Shown: piece after piece, positions 23,860-37,775 of the stretch | How the letters are laid out: each line of letters starts with the position of its first letter | Numbering within the stretch: position 1 is the first letter of the stretch | Source: Mizuhopecten yessoensis | Lineage: Eukaryota | Length of the DNA stretch: 64,000 nucleotides | Assembly: GCF_002113885.1 (NCBI RefSeq) | Contig: NW_018408827.1 | Location: 1-64,000, forward strand | Direction: 5' to 3' | Translations under genes and position numbers: made by a program | The notes under the pieces: model-generated | What the model saw: only the letters and a program-made list of their open reading frames with translations | What the model was told of the DNA's origin: nothing | The model's database searches: none

Positions 23860-26800
23860 GTAAGTGTTTTTAAACTACTTTGTCCATATTGTCTCGCATA
23901 TTAACGTGTCCCTGAATGTAACAACGTATTTGCAGTGGGTAAATAACCTTAAAGTATCAGGTAAAATATAATAAATGGATGATCCGTATATTTTTCTGCG
24001 ACTAAAACATCGTTATACAATAATAAGTTGTTATAATTTGTCTTTTTTAACAAGATTATAGATTATATTTTTATTTAATTTTTTACAATAATGCTCTACA
24101 TGTTGTCAAGACTCTTGTCATTTTCATTACTTAACATTCTTGTCATCATTTTTTTCATAATTGCAAAATAAAGAAATGACTTGAGATTTACAAGTGTATT
24201 TTCACAACATTTTCCCGCGTTATAGTTTTTACAGGGAGAAAATTCGCTTTCATTTTGTATACACACATATAAAATGTATATATACTGTGTGGATTGTCCA
24301 TGGCGAATCAATAAAGCATACTACGTCCGCTTTCGTTTCTGTATTAAAGTGATAGAACTACCACTATGTGCATCGACTGCAATCGAGGTCACCTTGCAAT
24401 GTAGTCCATTGCGGTCTATATATGCTTTCATAGTATAATGTCTGTTAATTGGCGGAGAACGAGGAGTTCGGGTTTGGAGGGGGGGGGGGGGTATTTTGAT
24501 GCATTTCCTTTATCAGCATGTGCTTTTTAAGAATTAAAGAATAATTCTACGTAAAAGCAGCTGTTCGTCACATTTTTTTCGGACACAGATGATATTGTAC
24601 CATACATTCTATTATCTAGGTTTTTTTCCATGTCTTTTAACATGTACATCTTAAACATGATGTATATTTGAAAACAAAAAAAAAGTGGTGTCGTAAAGTT
24701 TATAGAAGATAGTGGTGTAAATTCTTTATGGTGTTGTATATAACAAAATGATTTTACATGCTATATAAAATATGGTGTTGAAAGAAATTAAAAGAGGTTG
24801 GCATATGTATAATAAAGACGTTGAAAGTGCTATCAATAAAACATGGTGTCCTTTATATTATAATTGCTCACGATATTTCTATCTCATGAAAGATGATATC
24901 GAAATACATGTTCAATATTTACTGTTCGATTCGATATCAAGGAAAATATATCAAAGTAATGTTATTCAGGTAAATTAATAGTGTTAACATTATATTGGCC
25001 AGTATATACTTAATTAAACATGAACAAAACCGACAGTAACCCCCATGTCACAAGTGTTCATTAAAGCATGCATTTAACTTATGATGATTGGAACATCCCA
25101 AGCTAAGCACTCTTCTTGTCGCAGCACGTCAAACATTCTTAAAGAAAACCATAAATTACATTTCACCAGAAATGAAGACATTTAAAATTATATTTAAAAC
25201 CAAAATTAGTTTTATAAATAGGTATAGGATAATTGTAATTATTTCAATGCCATGGCTACAATGTAAAATGAACCGGAATTCTTAATATATTTACGAAAGT
25301 ATTTTCGTTGACACCTGAAATTATATGAACACTCTTGTTTTCAGTTTTTCTGTGGCCTTTGGGTTTCGCTATATAATTTGGTTCCAACCATGAAGCAACA
25401 CGAATGTGGCGCAATTACTATTTTAAAACTAAATAATTTTCATGGGAGTTGTTGGTATTATAAAATCTATATGGAGAAGTAAATCTATTCCAAATTTGAG
25501 AACTTGTCTTGAATTATGACTTGAATTAAATGATTTTTTCAGACTAACTATGTCTTAAACTTTTCTTTGCTATGAGATATTATGGGATATATTTGTGATC
25601 GTCAAAGTACATACACCATATAAAACAACACTGTTATGGTGCTAGTAATATGTCCATATTTAGTTTCAAATCTCACTCAAAGTGAAACTGTCTCGAAAAC
25701 TACAGTTATCATGTTTCTATTGTGTTTATTTCCCGCACTTTCTGACCGTTAAAAGCTTAAACAGGAGGCCTCGACTACACATTTTCTCACAAGAAATGCT
25801 TAAATAGTTGATCAAAAATAATTCTGTACATAGAACGTTGTAAATATGCATTTTCCAATGCATTGGGCATAGTGGTTTGTTTCTTTCGTCTGTATAGAAA
25901 TGACCTAAACTGTACCATTCCAACGTGGATAATTTGGACTGATACTTCAATTATAATACCAATTAGCACTGTTTATCTTTCACAACATCTCACCAGGAAG
26001 AGTTTTACCGTGGGGACAAATTCACCTCAACATTTCTGCATGTATGTGTGTTATATCTTAAAACCAGTACGGGAATGACCCCAGTACACGCGTCAGGACA
26101 TACATGTATTTCAGATCAGTAAAACAGCTCACCATGAAGATTGTGTAGTAGGCAGAGAGCTTTGCCATTTTCTTCTTTGCACATCACAGCGGTGTATGGA
26201 CTTATATCGCCTAGAGTAATAAAAGGAAAACCGGGTATGAGTATTTTATATACCAAATAAAATACCAATTTCACTCTCATCTGGCTCTGAAAGCGACCAG
26301 CATATGTCCTGACGTACATCACGTTTCGTCTATGTATATATACTGTATGCTCTGTTACAACGTGTCATGCATGCCGAAAAGGCAGATTATTCTTAAAGTA
26401 CAATAACAAAATAATTCAACAAACCATGGTATCATTATTTCACGAGGTCATTGGTTTGTTCATGATGAAAAACAAAACGTTATTTTCTAACAAATGACGG
26501 TACAATTTAAAAATAAATCGGTTCGACATTTAAAAATGAAAACTAACCATACTTTCTTGATAGCTTTTACTTTATCAAAGAGTTCGGTCCAATAAGGTCA
26601 TTTTGTGTTGTTGTTGTTGTTGTTGTTGTCGTTGTTGTAGGAAGAAGAAGAAGTGTGTGTTAGGTGGCCTTATCGGGTACAGTATTATAAAACATGAAGT
26701 GGGGTACAATGTATAGGGGTAGAAGGTGTTCATATGTAAAAACGTTGTTTCAAAACATAATCAAAGGGGATGATGGGATATTGACTAAAATGTTCAGCTC

Positions 26801-29714
26801 AAATTCTTGATCCTCCTTATACAAACTCTAGATAGACTGGCACTAGCGAACATTGAACAGCGGTCCCACTAATCTCATGGACACCACAGACGCAAGACAA
26901 TTACGCGTCATTTGTCATCTCCGTGGCCTACAGATGTTGCTAAAAGACCAGCGGATGATGGCTGTCTTGGGGACATTGGTATAAATAAAAAATGAAAAAT
27001 AAAATAAAAACAGTTCCGACATAATTTGATATATTAAAGTATCTGTTTTTACTTCAATAAAGCATACAAACGTCGAGAAATGTTTAAGACATGTGCGGAA
27101 AAAGTTAAAAGGAAATAGTTGTGAAAGAACACAGACCCATTTTAGTATACCTATAGCGGTTACACTAGTTTCAAAGGGCCAAATGGGCCACTTTACAGCC
27201 ATCGATTTAGACAATATTTTGAATTATCAGGAATTTCTTTTTCCTGTTCTGTCTATTACCATATTGGTCTTATCACCACTATGTAGAAATTCGCCACCAT
27301 CCGGCAGGTCACGGTATCAAAAAGCCACAAGGCCGTCGGTAACTTAGTGTTTGAATAAAAAAAATAATAGAAGTTTGCACAGAAAAGCAATCAATATCTC
27401 AGAGCGTTGTTTTTTTTTTTTTTTTTTTGCTCAAATGGAAATTTAATTCACAAATACAGGCAAAACGGTTGCATTGATAAAGAATGTGGTGCACATGCCA
27501 TATTTAACTATCCTAGTGTAAAGCTATATAGTTTTTACGGCCGATCACATCCTGCAGTATTTTATGTGAACATGCCAGCGCTATCACGCAAACCCGTAGA
27601 AGTCGTTCTGCCTTAATCGTTGACAGGCATGGAATCGCATGCAGGTTCTGGAACGCAGACATTCCAAAGATAGAACCATTGTATCGCTATTACTTGACAG
27701 CATGACGCGACGTCGCCACGAGTGGGTTGTACTTACTGGGGTGAAACCTATTTGACCTTTTGTGTCAAAACTCAAGGACACCCTCGGGTGGCCGGTGTAG
27801 ACAGAAGCTTCGGTCATCCGAGAGTTTTATTGAGAACGTTTTCTGGTAGAAAATGTTCGCCCCGTGGCCCGGTATTCTGTGTAGTCAGGGCGTGCTGTGT
27901 ACCTCCGGACGTCGGGTGTATTTATAGATGAGGGACTGTTGACTTTCGATAATGTTTCAATGTAATTTGTTTAGTATAGGTTTGAAGTTTCTGTTGATAT
28001 CAAAAGACATCAGTTCATAGATACTAATATTAAGTATTATAAATGTTTTTGCATTTTGTCCGAGTCTGAGTTTTTGTTGGTTAGGGGCTTAAAGTCTTCA
28101 GAAAGCTAAGGCCATATCAAAACGGAATCTGATCCTGAAAAATATATAATGTTTTAGACAAACAACTGCTTCATGCATTTGGTTAAAATTCACTGAGATA
28201 AAATGAAATATATAGTTATGTTACCTAACAGCTTTCTGTCTAGGGGAGTCAGTGGTGCCCAACGTTACAATTATAAAGTCAACAATTGGGTCGTGGCATT
28301 CATAGCTAGCATAAATGCCATCTGACTGTGTTGGAGCTTTATAAGTATATAATTCAGCCCATATCTATATAAAACGAGACTAGTGGCCCAGAATGTCCCA
28401 GTTTTGTAGGCTTTCGTAATGCAGACATAGGACGCCAGTCTTTCGCAAGACTTCACTTCCAAATAGTCTTTTACTCGCTATGCTGCCATGTAGAGTAAAG
28501 TGAATGGTGTGTACGACTGTGGGAATCGAACTCTTAATTGTCTTGTTAGCAGTAGATGCTGCCGCCGAAAGACGGTGATGGTCCAGGTGCGGGAATTGTG
28601 TATGCTTAGCTCTGAGCATATGTCTCATAATTTACTTACTGATTTATTTGTCAGTTATTACGTTTTTATAAGACTACCCTCCTCATCTCCAAGGAAATTT
28701 CAAAAATGCAATTTTCTGAAATTCTAGGTTATTTTGAATTTGCTGGTTGATTGAATGTTGGCGGTTGGGGATTTCAGAAAAGGTCAGGTTCTACTGACGG
28801 TATAATTGACAAAGGAATTATATTAATTAGGTAGATAGGGGTATGATTAATATCATAGCCTTTCTTATTTTAACAATCCACATAATTTATCAATCCGTCG
28901 TGGCAGGAATATTTATTGTCATATTTAAAAAGACGTATATAGATAATGTCTTTCTGCAGGGTTGTAAATAATCGTGTCCTTTGTTAAAGGCCATTAAATC
29001 ATACTCGCTTGTAAGGATGATGACAATGGATGTTAAGGTTTTAACTTTGTCCGATAAAAGAGAAACAAATTTATGGATATCAACCCAGTGCCGAAAGTAA
29101 CGAGGAACATTGAGCCGTTGACCTTATAAATGAGGTAGATAATTATTGACATTAACCTCGTGTAACGTGCTAGAGGCTGTCTCCTTTTTGGGTCATTCTG
29201 ACCTAGTTATCGAGATTTAAGACAACACGGATTTTGTTTACATTATAGCTAGGGTTAGCTATATTTGTAGCTCCTAATTACACAGGATAGATTCAGGATG
29301 ATTATTACAATAACATTTTAAAAGTATTGTTAGCTTATACATTCATTTTCAAGATATAAGAATATCAAATTGTTCCACTTTTCAGAAAAGTGTTGAAATA
29401 TTCTCACCAAATCTTCTTATAATTAATCTTATTGATTTATCACACGCGGTGTTTTTTATCTTACCCAGATTATTGTCAAATATCCGGCGAAAAACTTAAC
29501 ATGGGTTTTTTGGTCAAGTTGATAAAGTCTTAGAAACACCAATTTGTTCTGTCTAGACCCAGAGCAGTCGTCACCATAGGTCGGACTACCTTAGTATATA
29601 AATACGTATAGAAACAAGTAATATTGCTAGTGTAGATGTATGGTTATTTAGACCAAGTAAATGAGTCTGTCGTGGGTCGTTATATTCATATTACAAATGT
29701 ACTATCGTGACTGT

Positions 29715-30130
29715 ATATGGTACTAGTATCATGACGTCATAAATGACATGACTATATAATTATGGTATTATGACGTTATCAATGACGTGATAATATATGG
29801 TATTATGACGTCTTAAATGACGTAACTATATTTGGTATTATGCTGTTATCAATGACAAGACTTTATATGGTATCATTTTGTTATTAATGAGGCGACTATA
29901 TACTGTAGTTTGTTGTTATTAATGAGATGACTTTGTATTGTGTTATGACGTCATTTATGATGTGATTATATATTGCACTATTAAAGTATTACTGGCGTTA
30001 CTTTAAATTGTATTATGATGTTATTAATGACGTAATTTTGTAATATTGGTATTACTGACGAGACATTTCTGGTTTTGGATTGTTATTGAGCTGACTATCT
30101 ATGGTATTGACTTGTTAGTACTGACGGCAA
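29715..30130. repeat. Degenerate ~35-bp tandem repeat rich in TGACGT(CA)
   Basis: Units like TATATGGTATTATGACGTCATTAATGACGTGAC; ATGACG/ATGCTG anchors at 29731, 29770, 29805 and 29840. Confidence 0.8.
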
Positions 30131-33100
30131 TGTCAAAACAAGAATCAAGAGTTCCAATTGTTTGAGTCTTAAGTAACATTGAGCTCATTTTATATTTCAA
30201 CAAAGTACAATCAGTTATTACCAATTAGATGTATTAGCATCATTTACTCTTAATATGACATATATCATTTAGCATTTAATCATTTATTCGGGCAAATACA
30301 GACGTAGGGCATCACTTTCTATAAGCTTGTTACTAACGTTAATCTCGAATGCCCTTACAATGACGTAATATTAGACACGCGTGACTGCCGTCGGCCATTC
30401 GAGGGTAATTGCGTTATGTGTCTTTTCAAAGGGTATCATAGCGAAACAAATCCCACTAAATAAATAAATCATATAAAAGATGTAGCAGCATCCCCCCGTA
30501 GATTGTATAAAACCTATTATCGTGCTGTTCAGTTATTACGAATTAATAAAAAATAAATAAAAAAATGTATAAATGGAGATCGTGATTAGCCACTTAAATT
30601 GTGTCCGTGACACGATTCTTCGTTTGGCGTATTTTATGCTTGAGGTCTAACTGTATTCTTCCAAATTAACTAAAATTGTACATGTTCAATAAGCATTTAA
30701 TTTACTAAATTGGTATTGTATTAACTTTCCTCCGTATTTACTACATCATTTAACTAAGTGAGATACTTTTTCTGTTAATTCCTTTTATCGTTGATTTATT
30801 TGTAAGAGTAACCACCCTTGTCAAGTTTGTTATACATTTAACAAAATTACCTTACCATGATCGAACAATTTCTTCTTTTGAATTTTTCAAATGTGTCATG
30901 CATTCCTGTGTACCTTCTGCATGAATCATCAATTTGGTTAATTGATTCTGAATTAAGTTTCCTTAAATATACAATATACCTGACATGTTCTTTCGTTCCT
31001 TTCTTTTCACAAGCATGTTTCACCTCTGCATAACTATGACATTTACACAACCTATCCTCCGTTCAATTGTCAGCATTATCATCACCTAAGATGGCTCTAT
31101 GTGTGGAAAGTTTTGCAAAACAAAACCAGGAGATGTTTGTGACATTAAGGTGACATTTATCTTTTTATACGTTCTACCAAACCGCACCTAGATTATGTAT
31201 TAAAAAACACTCAGCCGTTGGCGGATTATACCCTCAGTTGATTATTTATCCAGGGGATTAGACACTAGACCCATAAGTTGAACTCCACCGTTCAGCGATC
31301 TTCTACGGACACATAAAAGTAGTATGCATTATATATAACTAACCTGTGATCTATGGTAATTGGTCATATGTTGTCAAACCGTACAATATAACGGCATTGT
31401 ACAAGTTCACCAAAATGTCACTTTTGTCTGCCGTACATATTGCAATAGTTCGTATAACCTGGTTGTCCTTTAAAAGCAGTTCTGGTTCATACCTCTTTGC
31501 AATGTTTTAACACAATCTTGCATCATGAATCCAACATGAAATAACAACGTGGATTAGTGTATGTGTTGTATGAAGATAATAAACCGTATTACACAATGGC
31601 GCAAACAAATACAATACAATCGGTTTTGTGTTGAAAAATGTCTTACGGTGATATATTTAGGGGAAATGAAGATTTAGTCAATTGAATATGAAAAATATTG
31701 CTAAAAGACGCAGATTCCTAAACAAAGCTAGATGTAAGGAACGACGACTCTGGTTAGAGATTACTACGGAGGTCGGCAGAACAGAGTTGATGATCATGTT
31801 ACAAAATTAATGCTTTTGTTCCAGTTTGTAATGATTGCATTGTATTGCATACGCCTCGAAGATTTTCGATAAGTTAAAAGAGGTATGGACGACGTCAAGT
31901 CGCTCATAATATTTCGGTCATTATTTGACATTATACACTGTACAATTATGGACATTTTTTTGGAAGCCAATATCTCTTTTTTTAGGTTCATATCACATAT
32001 TTACCAGCACAAAAGCCTATAACTGTATTTTTATATGATTCACCAAAACAAATAAAGGGGAAAAAAGAAGGTTCTGATCTGCTTGCCATGTTATTTCTTT
32101 TTTCGTCTGTGAGGTCGCGTTCCGGTCTAACTGCGCATGCGCTACGACAGATTCCGGAGATTTTCCATATGGGCAATTTTTAGAAATCGATATGATACCA
32201 GTCAACATGAGTTTTTGAGGACTGGTCACGTGTTTAGGATCCGGCTGATGTGATTGCGAGAAATGTCCAAGCATGTAATAATCAGTGATGAGCCATGACC
32301 AGGATTCCCTGTACATTGTGGATGTCTGTAACAGTATTCACAGGTCTACTCTCATAAGCCTAAATAACAAATAGCATCCAATGCTCATTTACACTTTTGA
32401 TTTCCTTTATGAGATGGCAAGTGCTTTTAACGTAAACGTTTCGACTTTGGGAAAGGAAACAGGGGAAAATGGATTTAGCTCCGACCTTGATCTTCGCTCT
32501 GAACTCCATTTTGTTCATCTACCAAGAAATCAATATTTTTAGTGCACAATGTTATTGTGACCAACATATGGCGTTGTTTTCCTGTAAGATGTACTGGTCA
32601 TGCATCCTTAAAATTATAAAACAGAGTAACCATATCTGTGTGCGACTGGTCACAATAAAATGGTAGAAATAAATGGTCAGGCAGCCCGGATCTAACATTA
32701 TCTACAGCATCAATTGGCATAATAAAGTTTGAATATTGCAGAAATTGTGAGCGTAACGATCATGAACAGGCTGCATGCATGCACGCAAATCGATTATATG
32801 GAGCTTCGTTGGTGTTGGCGTAACGCAACGATTCATGAAATTTTATCAATGAAGTTATTAGCACCATGTTGGATTTTGTTATGTCTACTTTATCTGTCAA
32901 TCATTACTTCCGTTTGTGTAAATCGATAGACATAGAAACCAAAACTACACGTAAATCCTTCTTTGGTACATTTGCACTTGAGAATCTATATTCAAGCATT
33001 CAATTCAAGATATTTTTTAACTGCTTACGTTGACTACAATCGGTGAAAAGGGTGTTATTTTACATTTGATCTAAAGAAATCAGGCCAATGTAGACGATGC

Positions 33101-34023
33101 ATGTGTTGCTTCAATTATAGCAGGCCAATACAGTCGACAAGTGACCGATTTAGTGTGAACAACGGAAAGCAGGCCAAAGTAGCCGAATAAAAATGTCTGT
33201 TGCAATGCATAATCCCATACGAGCCGAACTACTGATTTGATATGATCCAAAATGTGGGCAAAACTCACCAACATATGCAAGAAAACCATTTTTAGTTCCC
33301 AAATCATCAAGTTTCATAGCAGGAAACGCGGTTATGTTTTTTATCAAGAAATAAGTCAGCTGATCCGCCATGTTTGGTATTGTCCGCCATGTTGAATTTT
33401 GCCCGCCATTTTTATATTTTCGTTTCAATGATTACAGAGAAAGTCAAAACAAGATTAAGGTAAAAACATACTGTGAACGGTGTGCATATCTTTCATTCAG
33501 AAGTTAAATTGGTCTTGACTGTGTTATAAAGTAACACTTATAACCCACTGAGCTTCAGAATTCGAATATACGTGTATCAATATACTGTTGTTACAGTAAT
33601 CTTTTTTTGTTTGTTTACTAAATTCTTATTGTAATTTCTGAGGGGTTTTAACCAATAAATACTCGATAATACATACATAAGCTTTTCAGTTCCTACTACC
33701 ATAATCTAGCATGGGGTGTTCTGAAAACTCTTAATTTAATTGGTTCAGTCGACTTTATAAGTGTCATAACTTTTAATGGTCATACGTGTGTACATGAATG
33801 TAATCTATACATTGTCAACGAAATAAATGACGCTTTATTGGTGTTTTGTGTAGCGTATCAAAAGGGCTGATAAAGTTTAGTCATTGATCTGTTTGAACAT
33901 ACTTAGTTGTTTACTTTTTTGCTAAAATTATCACGTGAGAATAAACCGTTAATGAATAAATATGACCAAGAGAAATAAGGCCAAAGTAACCGATAAAAGA
34001 CTATGACTTAAGGATTGAGACCA

Positions 34024-34250
34024 GGGCCCGTTTTCATGAAACCGTTCTCGTGATCAAAATCATATTCTTTGCTCCGGAAATAGGTGAATAAAAAAACACC
34101 ATTTTGTCAACTTTTTCGGAAGAATTTGGGAGAGATTCAAGATGCAGTCTGTTCGAAATGTTCACACTTGATTTAAGCAGGTTACAATACAGTTAATTTG
34201 AGCACAAAACCTATGCTTGAGCATGAAAATGGCCTCATGAATACGGACCC
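34024..34250. mobile_element. MITE with ~20-35-bp imperfect TIRs (possibly PIF/Harbinger-type)
   Basis: GGGCCCGTTTTCATGAAACC versus the reverse complement of GGCCTCATGAATACGGACCC. Confidence 0.6.
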
Positions 34251-35185
34251 CGGTGATCCTCAAGACAAATCGAGCAAAATTTGCGACTAATGAATGCATA
34301 GGGTTATCTTAGACGACTAAGCAAAAATGATTTTCCGGTGAATCCATTGCAAGCAACCCAAATTTAAACATATACTAACGGGTGTATGACCGATTGATTC
34401 CAGGCTAAATCAGTCGATTGCGGTCCAATCTCGTTTACTATCCAACCAATACATAGGTAATGCACGTGATCAAGTGGAATCAGGCCTGGCTAAACAACTC
34501 ATAAATGAGTGTGATCGGTGTTGCAAAATAAACCGACTGATGAACGCAAATGATTGTCGACGTTGACCTGGACATAGTTTGTCCCAGTGAATAATAATGT
34601 GAGCGAAACTTACTTGGACAGCTAATCGAAGAATGTGATGCAAGGAGATCAGGCTAAAGTAGCCGACTATTGAACGAGGATGATAACACATTGCATTCAT
34701 GTACATATTCATCTTGACATTCGCGTTTACAAGTTTGCTCATTATCGTGTATTTTTATCAATAAAAAATACGTTTAGCTGAGTTTACCAGGGACAGGACT
34801 TTGCTATGGATTTAAAATAAAATGGCACTGATCAAGTATGATGTCTGTGACGTTTTATTTCAATATACATTTTGTTTAGCTATTCGTTTGTTTATGTAAA
34901 CCCAACAGTATCATTTCATTAATGTTTATCACATAATGTACTTTGTTATCCAGTGAATATACCCATGTCCTATTTTGTTACGTATTTACCCGTGTAATAT
35001 GACCTATCAGGCCTGCAATTGGTTATACGTTTCAATTGTTTAAATTGTAACGTCAGGCCTACGACAAGTACATGAAGCACAGACTTACACACTGGAGTCA
35101 AAATGGCTTCTTTTTACATTCAAGGTTGCATGAAATTTGTCGTTTTACACGAACAAATGCAACAAATCTTGATTATGGGATAAAA

Positions 35186-35297
35186 AGGATCTTACGCTCG
35201 TTTTCATTTCAAATGAAATTTATGAAACTCGTCACGAAATTTTCATTTTAGCTCGTTTCATAAATCTCATATGAAATGGAAACTCATGTAAGATCCT
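35186..35297. repeat. 112-bp fold-back hairpin element
   Basis: AGGATCTTAC...TTTCATTTCAAATGAAATTTATGAAAC / GTTTCATAAATCTCATATGAAATGGAAA...GTAAGATCCT. Confidence 0.8.
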
Positions 35298-36972
35298 ACA
35301 TGCATTTATAGTATATCTTTATATCTGTTCTATCGTGTGCAATGGTTCTTATTTCGAAGAACTCCAGCGAAACATTCCGACCCTTTTGGAATACAATTGA
35401 TCATGATAAGCCAACGTCTAGACAAATTGACCATATTCGTCACTTGTAATTGAGAAATACGTCACAAGAGATATGATACCGTGCTATATTGCTCTAATCG
35501 ATGACTGCAGAATCGGTCTGACCGACTTCCTAGGACTGACGCGTTCTACGACCTACATTTGGACGTGAACAGAACTTGGCATATATCATGAGAGAAGCGA
35601 CACATCTCAGGCCTGAATTCATAACAGAAACCCATAGTCTAGTATTGAAGTAAGAATACTGTACTAAAATGTGTTTGGCTTTTAGATTTTTCAATTAGAC
35701 CGTCAAATAATTGACAATAAAAGTAATTGAATAAGATCTTTAATCAAAATCTAATAAGATATTTGTTTAAAAAATAGATTTGAAACATGTTTACCAGTGG
35801 AACGTTACATATGCAGGTTTATCCTGAAAAATAAATTGATATTGTTTCTACTTTGATAAGAAAATAATTGTTTATAGTTTGTAAATGTCTGTTGTTCCTG
35901 TAACGTTTGCGTGCTCGCTTGTATTCATGTACCATATATATATAATTATTTGGATGATATTGGATAACCAGTTTTAGAATGGTAAGGTCTTTGGCTAATT
36001 TCAGTCGTTTCATTTTGAAATCCACCTAACAGGGGAAACTGCATCCTCGATACTCCAGGAATTACGCTCACGTACGCTCTCTGCACCCCTGGATTATGTC
36101 ATAGGAACATTGAAGGCAAGCGGCTAGCTATTTAATCAGTCTTGAGTAAAAAAAATACCTGACTAATCGTAGACTGATATATGTCTTTTAAAATTTACAG
36201 AGGAGCGACACCCGACTTCAATGTGAGTCCATCTTACCGTAATGCGACCGACGGATTCTTTTAGTGTATACCAAATGATCAAACTATTCTTCTCTTCTCA
36301 TCCACAAGGTGATTCGCATGGAACCTCTGATTATACTTTGACATATTTAGACTGTTGGCATTATTGTGTGAGTGATATTTGTATATCAATATAATAAATA
36401 CATCAACTCAAAGAAATCCTCCTCGTCGTTTGTCGACGATGTCATGACGAAATCTCCCGATAGCTTTTTTTCTTTTTTAAATGTAAAAATGAAAACTTTA
36501 ACAAATTTTGAAATGAAAAGCTCGGAAACGTCGATTTTCGTTTTGAACTAAATAAGGAAAAATACTGATCCCGTGTAGGATAGGGAAATTCCACCAGAGA
36601 GATTTTCAAATTTGGTAAAACCCGAGGCTTTGCCGAGGAACATTTAACACGACATTTGATTGGTCAATCAAAATAATTTGCGACAGTAAAACCACGATAT
36701 ATTGTCCGCAAATTTATCATTTGCATATGAAGCCCGGATGGCGATTTTTAATGACGTCGAAGACCAAGACTGACCTTAAAACGTCGTGCAATTGATTATT
36801 CATGACATCACGAACAATAGAGTGACCCGAAAAAAGTCAACGTAATTCCGCCGCACTTTTGATATTCCTGACGACACCAATCCAAGACAGAATTTGAATA
36901 AAACACTCAAACATATCTTAAAATCGTCTTTCGATTTTTTGTTTTTATTTTGCTTATTTGAATTAGAATGCA

Positions 36973-37132
36973 GATAACTCTACTGTATTGTGAGATTTGC
37001 GGCGGTATATCGTGATTATACTGTCGCAAATATCCGTTTTACTAGCTCCGCTCCGCTTCGCGAGTAAAACTCAAATTGCGTCTGTATAACCACTATATAC
37101 CGCTACAAATCTCAAAATATAATAGGTTTATC
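36973..37132. repeat. 160-bp fold-back hairpin next to the recombinase relic
   Basis: GATAAC...TGAGATTTGCGGCGGTATATCGTGATTATAC...GTTTTACT / AGTAAAAC...GTATAACCACTATATACCGCTACAAATCTCA...GTTATC. Confidence 0.8.
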
Positions 37133-37427
37133 CCCTTAAAAACTCGAGGTGGAACACAATTAAAACAGAGTATTCGAGATAACGTTATAACAAAGGACAT
37201 TTTTTTATAAAAAGAAATATTTACATTTGCCACTGTTTCTGAATCGATAACCTAAGTGTGAGCAAGTATGTTTATTTCTCAATAACTTAAGTGTAAAACG
37301 TGACCCAGTTCACCACGTATGAATTTATGTAAATTTTGGCGGACTTCTGTCCGCAATACTCATGTCAATTTTTACAAACAAAAGATAGCATTTAGACTAC
37401 CGTGCGTTCGAGACACCAAATGATGTC

Positions 37428-37775
37428 GTGTTCGAGACAAGACAGATCATGTCCATGACCGGTCATAAATATGAAGCTAGCGTCAGAAGCTACAGTCGCG
37501 ATTGTTCGTCGGTACAAAAACGCTCCACCAGCTCCACTCTCTCATCTATGAGTGCCGGCCGCCATGACACAGAAACAATGGCTATCGTTCCTAAAAATGT
37601 AGAGTCAAATTTCTCGTCTCCCAAATGTTACATCAACAGTCACTCGGCCGACAAACGATTTATCCACATCATACAGTTTACATGTCATCTGTACAAACGT
37701 CTGGTTCGCTTACAAACAGCAATTTCAATAACTGCACATTCAACTTCCACCTGGCTTAGCTCGACGACATGGTAG
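37428..37775 (+). pseudogene. Crypton-type tyrosine recombinase C-terminal fragment
   Basis: FETRQIMSMTGHKYEASVRSYSR matches the IMxxTGHxxxxSxxxY box containing the catalytic His and Tyr of Crypton/DUF3504-type recombinases. The upstream R and HxxR motifs are absent. Confidence 0.7.
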
